DNA from: Basidiobolus meristosporus CBS 931.73
Lineage: Eukaryota; Fungi; Basidiobolomycota
Length of the DNA stretch: 64,000 bases
Direction: 5' to 3'
Assembly: GCA_002104905.1 (NCBI GenBank)
Contig: MCFE01000184.1
Coordinates: 76,432-140,431, forward strand
Below the pieces are notes generated by a model, which was not told where the DNA came from, did not search any database, and saw only the letters and a program-made list of their open reading frames with translations. A program made the position numbers and the translations under genes. This document shows, piece after piece, positions 49,885 through 61,424 of the stretch. Every line of letters begins with the position of its first letter. Within the stretch, counting starts at the first letter, position 1.

Positions 49885-52311
49885 CTAAAATTCCGGTCGA
49901 GCAGTTAAGCCTTCGGGATCCGTGCCGTGTTCGATGATGTACTTCTCGTGTTGGCGAATCTCGTGCTGATATTGGCTGATGTGAAGGTGCACATCAGCTA
50001 GGAATCTCTTGGCCGGATTTACTTCTCTGGCTATCATCCGTAAGGCATTGATTGCAACATCGTATCTTGAAACCCCGTTTGCAGTCAGCATTCGGAACGG
50101 GGTGGTGGTTGTTCCTTCTTCATTGTAGCCGCGAATTACCACACGTCCAAGGGTATCAGCACGATCGTAGAGCAACTGCTTGATGACAGAGGAATAGCCA
50201 TGGAAGTTGAAGACAATCGGCTTGTCGGTAGTAAATAGGCTGTTAAAGATCTTGTCAGAGAGCGCATGGGGGTGTGTTCCATCACCAGCAAGTACCATTA
50301 GATCAGTCACGTTGATTACACGCACTCGAAGGTCTGGGAAATCCTTACGTAGCATGCTAGCGGCGGCAATCACCTCGAATGTAACCTCGGTGCCGCATCC
50401 TACCAGGACAACATCAGGATCAACGCCATCATCAGTACTGGCGAATTTCCAAACGCTAGCCCCGGCAATGCAATGTCTATCGGCCTCCTCAGGCGTTAAC
50501 CATGATGGGGTCTCATGCTTTCCACTAATCATGAGATTGATATATTCCTTCGAACGTAAGCAATGCGCTAAAGTGGAAAGGAGACAATTGGCGTCTGGAG
50601 GCAAATAGATACGAATCATGGAGGGCTTCAACGAAATCAGACTGTTGATAAAGCCAGGGTTTTGATGGGAGAATCCATTGTGCTCCTGTCTCCAAAGGGT
50701 AGAGGTTTCAATATAGTTCAATGAGCCAATAGGCTCTCTCCAAGGGGTCTCCTTGGCCATCTTCACAAACTTGGCATATTGCACCATCATGGTGGTAATA
50801 ATCCCAAGGAATGTCTCGTACGATGGGAAAAGAGAAACTCTGCCGGTTAAAGTGTACCCTTGCATCCACCCCTGGCATGTGTGTTCGGAAAGGACCTCAG
50901 ACACTCTACCGCCATGATTCCGACTTTCTTCAGCCCACTGGAAGTCTCTGTTGGTTATTTCAAGAACGGCATCTAACTTGTTGCTAGAGAGCTCATCGGG
51001 CGAGAATATACGGAATTTCCGTTCATTCTGCTGAATAACTGCTTTCAAGAATTGTCCAGCGGCCTTTGTACAACTGGAATTGACGGTGTTTTCTTTGATG
51101 GCAAACTGTTTCCAGTCTGGCACATCTAACGGCTTGTATCCAGCGTAAGTTAACGGATGAGAGCCCATCTGGCGACCTGATTCTGGAAATGCAGAGGTTA
51201 CTTCAGGGCGAATAATCCCGCTTTCATCAAAGAGCTCCTCTGGTTTGTAGCTTTGAAGCCATTTACTCAATAGGTCGAATTCGTCGTCATCTTTGGCTGC
51301 ATTGGGTAAAGGAACCTGATGGGATTTCCACGAGCCCTCAATGGCCTGGCCGTGAAGTTCAACTGGTCCACTCCACCCTTTCAAAGTCCTCATGATCAGG
51401 ATTGGCCAACGGGGCTTAGTGATTGGGTTTCCTTCCCGTGCTGCTTTCTGAATCTTTCGTATTTCTTGGTAAGCCCATTCCATCGATACAGCCATGTTTA
51501 CGTTGATATTGTCCATGCCATCAACAATGCGAACCTGATAGCCATATCCGCTAAACAAAGCCGCCAGCTCTGTGTTATCCATGCATCCGAATACAGTCTT
51601 CTCCGAGATTTTGAACCCATTGACATGAAGTATCGGCAAGACAGCACCGCTTTCTTTGGGATCGATATATTTGTATGAGTGCCAGGCTGTGGCAGTAGGT
51701 CCAGTCTCAGCTTCGCCATCCCCGACAATGCAAGTCACTATTAAATCAGGATTATCCATCACTGCACCAAAACTCACAGCTAGCGAATATCCTAATTCGC
51801 CACCTTCATGGATTTGGCCTGGGACTTCGGAGTTGACGTGACTCGGGAATCCGCCAGGCCAAGAAAAGCCATGTACCAGCTTGGTTACACCCTCTAGGGT
51901 GTGGTCGTATTGGGAATAAAACTTTTTCAATGCACCCTCCAAGTAAAGGTTGGCCAGATTAGCTGGAGCACCATGACCAGGTCCAGTAACCAGGAACATG
52001 TTAACATCGTCGTGTTGCTTGATAAGGAAATTGCAATGAGCATAGACTAGATTGATACCAGGACATGTGCCCCAATGGCCAAGTAAGCGATCCTTTATAT
52101 GCTCCTTCTTGAGAGGCTCTCTAAGTAGCGGATTTTCTTTGAGAAATATCATTGCAGCAGCTAAATAATTGGCGGCTCGCTGCTGCAGTATGACAGCTTC
52201 CAGTCGAGTTTCCTCGAACTTACTTAGATCTAGCTCAACCAAGAGATTCTTGGCGGGAGGTAAGAGTTCGCCATCGGGCTCCAAGTAGGCTTTAGTAGGG
52301 GCAGAAGGCAT
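49885..52311 (-). CDS. xfp: Xylulose-5-phosphate/fructose-6-phosphate phosphoketolase (808 aa, intronless)
   Basis: LLGHWGT, GPGHG, HEGGELGY, TPP motif GDGEAETGP, SEHTCQGW, QEHNGFSHQNPG. Confidence 0.96.
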   Translation of the reverse strand: MPSAPTKAYLEPDGELLPPAKNLLVELDLSKFEETRLEAVILQQRAANYLAAAMIFLKENPLLREPLKKEHIKDRLLGHWGTCPGINLVYAHCNFLIKQHDDVNMFLVTGPGHGAPANLANLYLEGALKKFYSQYDHTLEGVTKLVHGFSWPGGFPSHVNSEVPGQIHEGGELGYSLAVSFGAVMDNPDLIVTCIVGDGEAETGPTATAWHSYKYIDPKESGAVLPILHVNGFKISEKTVFGCMDNTELAALFSGYGYQVRIVDGMDNINVNMAVSMEWAYQEIRKIQKAAREGNPITKPRWPILIMRTLKGWSGPVELHGQAIEGSWKSHQVPLPNAAKDDDEFDLLSKWLQSYKPEELFDESGIIRPEVTSAFPESGRQMGSHPLTYAGYKPLDVPDWKQFAIKENTVNSSCTKAAGQFLKAVIQQNERKFRIFSPDELSSNKLDAVLEITNRDFQWAEESRNHGGRVSEVLSEHTCQGWMQGYTLTGRVSLFPSYETFLGIITTMMVQYAKFVKMAKETPWREPIGSLNYIETSTLWRQEHNGFSHQNPGFINSLISLKPSMIRIYLPPDANCLLSTLAHCLRSKEYINLMISGKHETPSWLTPEEADRHCIAGASVWKFASTDDGVDPDVVLVGCGTEVTFEVIAAASMLRKDFPDLRVRVINVTDLMVLAGDGTHPHALSDKIFNSLFTTDKPIVFNFHGYSSVIKQLLYDRADTLGRVVIRGYNEEGTTTTPFRMLTANGVSRYDVAINALRMIAREVNPAKRFLADVHLHISQYQHEIRQHEKYIIEHGTDPEGLTARPEF

Positions 52312-53104
52312 AGTGAAAAGGCAGAAAGATAACTGATACCTCCACATTCAGTGATCGTAATTTTATATGCCAAGCCACTAAACAGCATAGATATGTGACG
52401 TTGCATATTTTCCAATACTGATCAAACCGTATTCCATATAAATTTTAAATGATATCATTCCGATGTTGACACGCGAGTTGATTTTGAACAAGTCAGGGTG
52501 TGACATAGTGGTCAGAGGATGTAATGATGGTCGAATAGTGGCTGAATTGAGTCTCCATTATAATGAGAAAATGGAGAAGGGTGACATGATTTTCGCTTGT
52601 GCCTATGGATATCATCAAGTGTTTATCAGTATAAAGATCCTAAGATTGTGTGGACGCTACGTGGGATAGTTGGCGGGATTCTATGCCTCGCGATTGTAGA
52701 TATTGTTACGCAGTAACAAAACAATTGTAGGTATTGTTACGCAATAACGGTCGACTCGAAATGACCTTGGTGGTGTTTGATGCAGGTTAATCTATATCCC
52801 CGTGGGTAAGGTAAGCCATATCTGCTTGCACAAATATTCTCGAATAGAGTTGGAATGATGCCCTGAAAATTTACGATAGCCACTGATTCTACAATGACTA
52901 GTGTAACAATTTCGAACTGCATCAAGAACAGAGAGGGTAGGGCCATCTCAGATATCTACTACTGGCTGGCAATTATGCTCATAAGACTTCGTATTTTGTG
53001 AGTATGATGGTGACCAAACTTGATATTTAGTATTCGTTTCGTTGCAATCAAGGATTTTTGTTTGGCTCAAAGATATAGCGGATTTCCTATTAATGTCCGA
53101 AAGT

Positions 53105-53110
53105 CACGTG
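53105..53110. promoter_or_regulatory. CACGTG E-box (Pho4/Nuc-1-type site) upstream of PHO84; TATATAAA at 53421-53428
   Basis: Motifs read directly; the role is inferred from established PHO regulon biology. Confidence 0.45.
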
Positions 53111-53476
53111 TACAAAACCATGGCAAAATACATTTACTCCTAATCTTCTCATCGCTTTCTGTCACTTTTCATTCAACATGATTGTGATCTTCGTACACCT
53201 TGCAACCACTCACCAAAATTACTATATTTGCGTTGGTGTTAGTGCATGTTGCCAATTACCGAAATGATTGGCTGTTAAATCCTATTTCGCCTGGTAGCAC
53301 CCCAGTGACCCAAGAGTCGAGTGATGAGATTTTCTTCTGTGCAGCTGCGTGCTATATACCACCTTGGGATTGGCGGTTTCCCTCTGCCTCGTTCCACAGA
53401 ACCCTTGTCACAGCTAGCGGTATATAAATCCCTCTCTCTCGGCTCCTCTCAAAATCAGTATCGCTGAGCAACAAAC

Positions 53477-54958
53477 ATGTCTAACGAACTTCAGGGTCTG
53501 AGCGAATCCAAACTCACTGGCTGGCACCTTCGCGCCATTATTGTGGCAGGCATCGGGTTCTTCACCGATGCCTACGACATATTTATCATCAACCTGGCAG
53601 TCCCAATGATGGGCTATGTCTACTACACCGAAAACAACAACAAAATCCCCAAGCAGTATGAAGGCCCATTGAAGGGTGCCACCGCGTTCGGCACTTTGAT
53701 CGGTCAATTGCTTTTCGGCTATCTGGGGGATCGGCTCGGAAGAAAGAAGATGTACGGCTCCGAGTTGATCATCATCATCTTCGCAACCATTTGTTGTGAA
53801 ATTGCTGGTTCGTGGGCGAAAGGTGTCAACGTGATCGCTATACTCGGCTTCTGGCGCTTCATTCTGGGCATTGGAATTGGTGGTGACTACCCAGTCTCTG
53901 CGGTAATCACATCTGAATTTGCCTCGACAAAGAGAAGAGGAATGATGATCGCCGCGGTTTTCGCTTCTCAGGGAACCGGCATCCTGGTGGGCGCTTTGTT
54001 CACCGTCATCATGCTGGCCATCTTCCAAGGAGCCATCCGTGCCGACCAAAATAACTTCGACTATGTTTGGAGATTGATGCTTGCTTTTGGTTGCGTACCA
54101 GCCATTTTCACTGTGTACTTCCGACTAACCATGCCCGAGTCCCCTCGCTACACATTGGAAGTCAATGGAGATGCCGAAAAAGCGGCCGAGGACTTGCGGG
54201 GAATCATGAATATTGAGGAGAAGGACCACATCGAGGCCCAACATGAAATTGCCAACGTAAATAGCCAGCAGTTGACATTTACCCAACATTTTGGGCAGTG
54301 GAAGAACCTAAAGGTCTTGCTTGGTACTTCTCTGTCCTGGTTCTTCCTTGACATTGCCTTCTACGGGCTCTCTCTCAATCAATCGTACGTCTTGCAAGCC
54401 ATCGGTTACTCATCCAAAGGACTTTCGCCATACGACGCCATGTGGACGGAAGCGGTTGGAAATTTAATCATCTCCTTGATGGGAACCGTCCCAGGATACT
54501 GGTTCACAGTGTTCCTTATCGAGCGAATGGGCCGTATCAAGATCCAGCTCATGGGTTTTGCCTTTTTAACCATCATATTCATCGTTCTCTCGGCTGGCTT
54601 TTATAAGATTCGGGACACTGCAGTAGCGCTGTTCGTGGCATTGTTCACTCTGGCTCAGTTCTTCTTTAACTTTGGCCCCAATACCACCACCTTCGTTCTT
54701 CCATCCGAGGTTTTCCCAACCCGCTTCCGCTCCACCGCCCACGGTATCTCCGCTGCATCAGGGAAGCTCGGTGCCATCGTCGCCACCTTCGGCTTCAATC
54801 AGCTAGTGGAAATTGGAGGAAAGGATGGAGAGCACGCCTTTCTCCCACAAACCCTGGGGATTTTCGCGGCTATTATGTTCCTCGGATTCCTTTCAACATT
54901 CTGGGTACCAGAGACAAAGGGCAAGTCCCTGGAGGAGATATCGGGGGAAAGTAACTAG
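53477..54958 (+). CDS. PHO84: MFS phosphate:H+ symporter (Pho84 family), intronless
   Basis: GFFTDAYDIF, GDRLGRKKMYG, GIGGDYPVSAVITSE, AVFASQG, PESPRY, FFFNFGPNTTTF, FPTRFRSTAHGISAASGKLG. Confidence 0.95.
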   Translation: MSNELQGLSESKLTGWHLRAIIVAGIGFFTDAYDIFIINLAVPMMGYVYYTENNNKIPKQYEGPLKGATAFGTLIGQLLFGYLGDRLGRKKMYGSELIIIIFATICCEIAGSWAKGVNVIAILGFWRFILGIGIGGDYPVSAVITSEFASTKRRGMMIAAVFASQGTGILVGALFTVIMLAIFQGAIRADQNNFDYVWRLMLAFGCVPAIFTVYFRLTMPESPRYTLEVNGDAEKAAEDLRGIMNIEEKDHIEAQHEIANVNSQQLTFTQHFGQWKNLKVLLGTSLSWFFLDIAFYGLSLNQSYVLQAIGYSSKGLSPYDAMWTEAVGNLIISLMGTVPGYWFTVFLIERMGRIKIQLMGFAFLTIIFIVLSAGFYKIRDTAVALFVALFTLAQFFFNFGPNTTTFVLPSEVFPTRFRSTAHGISAASGKLGAIVATFGFNQLVEIGGKDGEHAFLPQTLGIFAAIMFLGFLSTFWVPETKGKSLEEISGESN

Positions 54959-55810
54959 GCAATAGTCTAGCCCGTTAATTGGTCTTCCACTCCTATCTGT
55001 TTATATAGCCATTCTGTAACTACTACCTCGTACATAATAAACATCATTTTCCCAACGTTCTAATTTCCAGTTTGATGACGATTTTTCTTCCACCTAACGC
55101 TCAGGAAATGGTAATGATCATGATGAATGGCAGCAATCAATGGAGCACCACAACCAGCTTTTGAATATTATGTTAAAATGGCTCCTGGTTGAATGCAAAC
55201 AACCAGTATTTCTACTGCTCTGTCGCCACACCTACCAAATAATTCAATTGTAGGCCTGAATATCGCAGCATTTCCCTGTATTCGTGATTATATTCAACGT
55301 GGTTCGCTGATTATTAATGCGGAATGTCATAGCAATGAACCGATCATAACTACCTCAGTGATAGTCCTTACGTGCAACACCCAATACCATGTTGATTGGA
55401 TTTGGGTTTAGACCTCAAGATCCTCGAAGAGGTGAGAGGATATGTTTGTTATGTAGTATTTTCCCCTGTTTAGCCACGTTATTGCCACCAAATATCTTAT
55501 ATACATCCCATGGATGTGGTAGAGCTTTCTTATGCTACAGGCCAAGAAAACATCCCGGGTTGATATCTTACGCCTACATAAGTGAGGTAGTTCTACGATC
55601 GATTTGCGATATCCGAAAATGGGAACAGATAAGGGATCGTAAGGCAATCACCGGAATATCGGAAGCTTCTGAGAAACCACCTGTGGGTTGCTATCTCCCT
55701 CATTTTTGCTTGCTTATTAATAAACATCTAAGAAATTCCAAAAGACCGCAACCATATAAAGGAACCCTGTCGCCATATCTTCGAACTCATTATCCCTTTT
55801 CGGGCCTGTC

Positions 55811-56896
55811 ATGTCTACACCAGCTATTTTCAGCCCCACTAAGCTCGGAAACAAACAGCTCAAGCATCGTGTTGTTCTTGCTCCCTTGACGCGTTGCAGA
55901 GCTGATGCCAATGCTGTCCCCACCGAGCTGATGAAAGAGTACTATTCACAACGCGCCACCGACGGCGGTCTTTTGATCACGGAAGCCACCTTTATTACGC
56001 GTATTGCCGGCTCCTATACCAACGTTCCTGGTATTTACACCCAGGACCAAATCAAGGCCTGGAAAAGCATCACCGATGCCGTTCACGCCAAAGGTGGCAT
56101 CATTTACCTTCAGCTTTGGCACATCGGTCGTGCAGCTATTGCTGCATTGAACGAAGGTCATCAACCAGTCTCTGCTTCCAACATCCCCATCACTGGAGTG
56201 ACCCTTCAAGGTACCCCTGAGGTGCCTCGTGCTCTGACCATCCCAGAAATTAAGGCCCTAACCCAGGACTATCGCCAAGCTGCCTTGAACGCTATTGAAG
56301 CGGGCTTTGACGGAGTTGAAATCCATTCCGCAAATGGCTACCTTTTGGACCAGTTCATCAACACCTCGAGCAACATACGTACTGACATTTATGGTGGGTC
56401 GATTGAAAATCGTTGTCGCTTCAGTCTTGAGGTTGTCGATGCTATTGTCGATGCCATTGGTGCTGAACGCACAGCCATTCGGTTCTCCCCCTGGTCTGGC
56501 TTCCAGGATATGAAGGATGACACTCCTTATGAAACCTGGGGATACCTGGCCAAGACTCTGCAAGCAAATCATCCGGACTTGGCTTATCTCCACTTCGTGG
56601 AGCCTCGTAGTAACCTCTTCCTTGATGGGGTGCTCGAGACTTCTGACTCTCTCGACCCCTTCCGCAAGGAGTGGAAGGGTACTTTTATTAGTGCTGGTGG
56701 ATATACTTACGATGCCAAGCTTGCCTTTGAGACTTGCGAGAAGACTGGAAATTTGGTAGCTTTTGGTCGCCGTTTCATTGCCAACCCCGATCTCGTGGAG
56801 CGCCTTCGTAATGACTGGCCCTTGAACGACTATGATCGTAACACGTTCTATACTGGTGGTCCAGTTGGTTACACCGACTATCCTTTCCATCAATAA
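55811..56896 (+). CDS. Old yellow enzyme (NADH:flavin oxidoreductase), intronless
   Basis: APLTRCRA, YYSQRA, QLWHIGR, catalytic HSANGYLLDQF, FGRRFIANPDLVERL, FYTGGPVGYTDYP; CATATAAA at ~55752. Confidence 0.95.
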   Translation: MSTPAIFSPTKLGNKQLKHRVVLAPLTRCRADANAVPTELMKEYYSQRATDGGLLITEATFITRIAGSYTNVPGIYTQDQIKAWKSITDAVHAKGGIIYLQLWHIGRAAIAALNEGHQPVSASNIPITGVTLQGTPEVPRALTIPEIKALTQDYRQAALNAIEAGFDGVEIHSANGYLLDQFINTSSNIRTDIYGGSIENRCRFSLEVVDAIVDAIGAERTAIRFSPWSGFQDMKDDTPYETWGYLAKTLQANHPDLAYLHFVEPRSNLFLDGVLETSDSLDPFRKEWKGTFISAGGYTYDAKLAFETCEKTGNLVAFGRRFIANPDLVERLRNDWPLNDYDRNTFYTGGPVGYTDYPFHQ

Positions 56897-57464
56897 TCGT
56901 ATAGACTCATTTCACTTCGCTTTTTTTAATATTATAATCAATTGTATACATAAACATCAACCTATCGGTTTATTTCTTCAAGTATTATCGCTTACCAAAA
57001 ATGGCTTTTCGTCAGGATTGTTCCAAAACGTCTTGATGCCGTATATCCTGGTCTCAACAATGGTATGAAGTATCTCGATCATTTGTCAGATGTAAACCGA
57101 CTTACTGGATGATCGACCAGAGCTGGCATTTTGTTGTAGTGCAAGCCAGCAAATAAGAGGCCACTCCATTAATTCATCAAATGTCAGGATGAATTTGATT
57201 GATCACGCATATATTCCAGCATAATTCCATAGTGTATCCGGTTAGTCATACTTTTGAAGCACCATTAGCAAGTATAATAAACTATTTTTCAATGAGTCAA
57301 AAAGTGACAGTATACATGCTACCAATGAAACTTATTCAAATGCTCCAACTACACATTAGAAAGACCAAGAGCCCTGAGCTGCTCTTAAGTCATTCATATT
57401 TGCATTGAATATCTAGCTGCAATTTGGTTCATAACTATTGCAGAACTTGTTGATAGCTAGTATT

Positions 57465-57775
57465 TGTTGTAAGAGTTTTGGAGATATTGAAAGTGATTGG
57501 GAGTACAAGTAGATTATGTACCCCTCACTTGGTCATTTATTCAATGTAAAGGTGGTTTTTATACATTTACATGATCTTAGCAAAACAAACACCTAAAAGA
57601 TACTAAGGAAGGTCCCTAGAGTATGTGTGCAAGGTTTGGGTCTGTTTGGACAGCTTATCAAAATCTCATGTTCTGGGTACCTGATGCTTTGGTGAAAATA
57701 TTCCATGTAAATCCCTAAAAGAAGCTTAGTCAGAATTATCTAAGATGTGTAGGTAATGACCTAGGTGACTAAGTT
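57465..57775 (-). mobile_element. Inverted, truncated copia LTR (relative of the LTR at 62754-63103)
   Basis: The reverse complement aligns with ~62793-63103, including the terminal CTCTTACAACA; the first ~38 bp of the LTR are replaced by retroelement copy A1. Confidence 0.85.
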
Positions 57776-58094
57776 GGGGGGGGGAGAGATTCACCAACAG
57801 GTGAGATCTTTATTTCAGTTGAAACAAAGAAGCCAGCCCTACTGTTATAGCTTTGATACAAGAGTGTGTAGCTGAGGGGGTTTGTTGGTAAGTTAATCAG
57901 AAGTGATGATAGTTCTTCAGTGCTCAAGACACTGTTCAGTGGGAAGGGGGGTAGCAAGAGAGGTAAGAATGCCTTGTGAACAACATTAATGAGGGGTATG
58001 TGATAAGGATTGATATTCATCATAAAGGGAGTGTGCTGCTGCAGATATTGCTGCCAAAGGTCTGTGAACTACTTCAGGTAGGCCAGCTTGGGTT
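57773..58094 (-). mobile_element. Non-LTR retroelement family A, copy A1 (3'-terminal ~320 bp)
   Basis: Near-identical to 58090-58410 and 60371-60690; encodes the ORF C-terminus (LLPPFPLNSVLSTEELSSLL) and the 3' UTR. Confidence 0.85.
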
Positions 58095-59411
58095 AGGGGG
58101 GAGACAGTCATCAACAAGTGAAATCTTTATTTCAAATGAAACAAAAAAGCCAGCGCTACTGTTGCAGCTTTGATACAAGAGTGTGTAGCTGAGGGGGATT
58201 TGTAGGTAAGTTAATACAAAGTGATGATAGTTCTTCAGTGCTCAAAACACTGTTCAGTGGGAAGGGGGGTAGCAAGAGGGGTAAGAATGGTTTGTGAACA
58301 ACATTAATGAGGGGAAAATGATAAGGATTGATATTCATTATAAAGGGAGTGTGCTGCCTCGGATATTGCTGCCAAAGGTCTGTCAAGTACTTCAAGTAGG
58401 CCAGCTTGGGTTTTTCTGACTGCAGAATATATTTAGCAAACTTCTTGACTTCAGGATCTCCAAGTATAGTTCTCCAGCAGGAGCCAGATGTAGTGTGGTG
58501 TGTTCTCTTCCAGGCCTTAATCAGTGGGTTGTTGCAGTTGTGAAGTCTGAGATAGAATATGGTTCTAAGGTAGAGAAGTCTTATCTTATAGGGCATAAAC
58601 CCAAAAGCACCAAGAATAGCATGTCTGTAGGGGCATTCAGGCAGATGAGGCACCAAGGAGGCAATTCACCAGATTGCAAACTTGTCAAGCTTAGTGCAGT
58701 CTCTAGAAGTAAGAGAGACAAGTGGTAAACCATATTCCAGCACAGGGAAGACAAACTGCGTGAGTAGAAGGAGGCAGCTGGAAGCTGAAGTTTTAGGAGG
58801 AGTTACAGCCAGTAGCTTGTGAAGTGCTTGTCTTGCCAGGATAATTCTCTTCTTCAGGTGAGCTCCAGAGTCTAGTCTGGTAGGAAGGAAAGGAAAGCCA
58901 AGATATATAACAGAAGCCTGAGCAGGCAGAGTACAGTTCTCTAGGTTGATGGGGCAACCCAAAGGTACCATCTATGCAAAGGATAGCTGGAGATTATTCT
59001 TCTGCAGATACTGGTGGATAGCTTGAGTCTTACTGCGCATTGGAAGAGGATATTCTGATGTCATCAGCAAAGAGCGTAACCAGGCAGTCAGCTGAGAGTC
59101 TTAAGAAGTCATTCAGGATGATGGCAAACAGTAAATGGCCAAGCACAGAGGCATGAATTACTGCATTAGGACCTAAGAACACAGCTGATTGCGCACTTAG
59201 GTGTAGAATTCTTGCTGGTGAACCCAGAAACAAAGACCTGACTAGGAGAATGAGATATGTACTGCAGAAGCATTCCAGCTTGGACCAAAGCAGATTTCTG
59301 TCAACTGAGTCAAAGGCCTTAGTAATATCAAACAGAACAGAGGGATACTTGCACTGGAGAGAGTGATGTTGACTCAGAATGACGGCATATTCCATGGAGT
59401 GGCTAGCATTG
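58090..59411 (-). mobile_element. Non-LTR (LINE-type) retroelement family A, copy A2; 5'-truncated, decayed RT
   Basis: LFDITKAFDSVDR, SVLGHLLF, LFADDI, YLG, FVFPVLEYGL; in-frame stops at 59030 and 58666. Confidence 0.88.
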
Positions 59412-60240
59412 TGCATCAGCATTTAAAACTTAGCCAATTTTACTCCATTGGTAAATTTAGTACTCTAACTGATTTTCCCTAACCCAAACGTTACTAATCT
59501 CAGTTGTGGTTTAATTTATCTCATCTCAGAATATATCATTAGCTGTCATACCTGATCAATTCTCATGAGGCCATTACATTCTCAACTTATCTGCCAAGCC
59601 TTCCCAGGTGATTAGTCATCTGAGATCTATCCTACAACTTAGCAGTTGCCAAGACATCAGCTGATTGATGATGCAATTTTCATTTATCTTATGCACTTAT
59701 CAACACCCCAACAGATTTTAATTAGTCCAGTCTCTTGGTGCTTACAAATTCAACTTGATCATAAAAATATAAATAAAGCTTACTGAACCTTTTGGTTAAG
59801 TGAGTGTCTCAACAAAACTGAGATTGTGTCTCAGCAAAATAAAGAATTCAACAATTCTGTTCCAGTTTCCACCCAGGCCTAGCATAAATAAGCACTCCTA
59901 AGTGCTGTAAGAATTTGTAATTCCACTTAAATAATAACCCAACCTAGTCACTTGGGTCATTACCTTCAAATCCTAGAGGATAGTGACCAAATTCCTTGAT
60001 GGGATTTACTTAAAATATTCTCACCAAAATACCAGGTACTGATGTGCATCAACATTTAAAACTTGGCCAATTCACTACTTTAGAAAATCTAGTACCCTAA
60101 CTGATTTTCCCTAACCCAAACATAACTAATCCCTGTTATGGTTTATTTTATCACTTCTCAGAATCTATTTTTAGCTGTCACACCTGATCAATTTACATGT
60201 GATCATTACGTCCTCAACTGATCTGCTAAGCCTTTCCATT
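59410..60240 (+). repeat. LTR-related mosaic: ~200-bp repeat D (59410-59605, 60043-60237); the second copy is preceded by a copia-LTR-like 5' part (59903-60039)
   Basis: D copies align by eye with scattered mismatches. 59903-60039 (TGCTGTAAG...CCAGGTAC) aligns with the first ~140 bp of the LTR at 62754. Confidence 0.65.
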
Positions 60241-60358
60241 TAGGGTTAGGGGAGGGGAAGTCATCAAGTTGGTGAAATCTTTATTTGAGTCAAGAACTAA
60301 TCTAAGTACAAATAAAGAAGCCAATTAAGAGGTCTAGAACCTCTCTAATAAGTAATCT
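60240..60358 (-). mobile_element. Non-LTR retroelement family B, copy B1 (3'-terminal ~120 bp)
   Basis: Near-identical to ~62115-62232; begins TTAGGGTTAGGGG on the plus strand. Confidence 0.82.
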
Positions 60359-60370
60359 TAGGGTGTAGGT

Positions 60371-61424
60371 GGGTTAGGGGGGGAGACAGTCACCAACAGG
60401 TGAAATCTTTATTTCAGTTGAAACAAAGAAGCCAGTGCTACTGTTGTAGCTTTGATACAAGAGTATGTAGCTGAGGGGAATCAGTAGGTAAGTTTACAAG
60501 AAGTGATGATAGTTCTTCAGTGCTCATGACACTGTTCAGTGGGAAGGGGGGTAGCAAGAGAGGTAAGAATGCCTTGTGAACAACATTAATGAGGGGAAAA
60601 TGATAAGGATTGATATTCATCATAAAGGGAGTGTGCTGCTGCAGATATTGCTGCCAAAGGTCTGTCAAGTACTTCAGGTAGGCCAGCTTGGGTTTTTCTG
60701 ACTGCAGAATAAATTCAGCAAACTTCTTGACTTCAGGATCTCCAAGTATAGTTCTCCAGCAGGAGCCAGGTGTTGTGTGGTGTGTTCTCTTCCAGGCCTT
60801 AATCAGTGGGTTGTTGCAGTTGTGAAGTCTGAGGTATAATCTGGTTCTAAGTTAGAGAAGTCTGATCTTATAGGGCATAAACCCAAAAGCACCAAGAATA
60901 GCATGTCTGTAGGGGCTTTCAGGCAAATGAGGCACCAAGGAGGTAATGCACCATACTGCAAACTTGTCAAGCTTAGTGCAGTCTCTAGAAGTAAGTGAGA
61001 GAAGTAGTAGGCCAAATTCCAGGACAGGGAAGACAAACTGCTTGAGTAGAAGAAAGCAGCTGGGAGCTGAAGTTGTAGGAGGAGTAACAGCCAGTAGCTT
61101 GTGGAGTGCCTGTCTTGCCAGGATAATTCTCTTCTTCAGGTGTGCTCCAGAGTCTAGTCCAGTAGGAAGGAAAGCAAAGCCAAGATATGTAGCAGAAACC
61201 TGAGCAGGTAGAGTGGAGTTCTCCAAGTTGATGGGAAAGCCCAAAGGTACTGTCTTTGCAATGGAAAGCTGGAGATTATTCTTCTGCAGATACTGGTGGA
61301 TGGTCTGGGAGTCTTGTTGCACATTGGAGGAGGATATTCTGATGTCATCAGCAAAGAGAGTAACCAGGCAGTCAGCTGAGAGTCTTGGGAAATCATTCAG
61401 GAAGATGGCAAACAGTATAGGACC
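60371..61424 (-). mobile_element. Non-LTR retroelement family A, copy A3; 5'-truncated inside RT motif LGPILF
   Basis: Colinear with A2; LGPILFAIFLN, LFADDI, ATYLG, FVFPVLEFGL; contains a stop codon. Confidence 0.88.

Noticed and set aside
13234-54958. Apparent phosphate theme (ALS3-like, Pho80-type cyclin, phosphoketolase, Pho84)
   Set aside because: The genes are spread over 40 kb among unrelated housekeeping genes; only the divergent xfp/PHO84 pair was kept as a finding.
58090-61424. Penelope/Athena identity for the telomere-tailed elements, and RIP as the cause of their decay
   Set aside because: The RT motifs (DITKAFDSV, LGPILF, FADD, YLG) are LINE-type, and the depletion is specific to CpG while CpA/TpG remain common.
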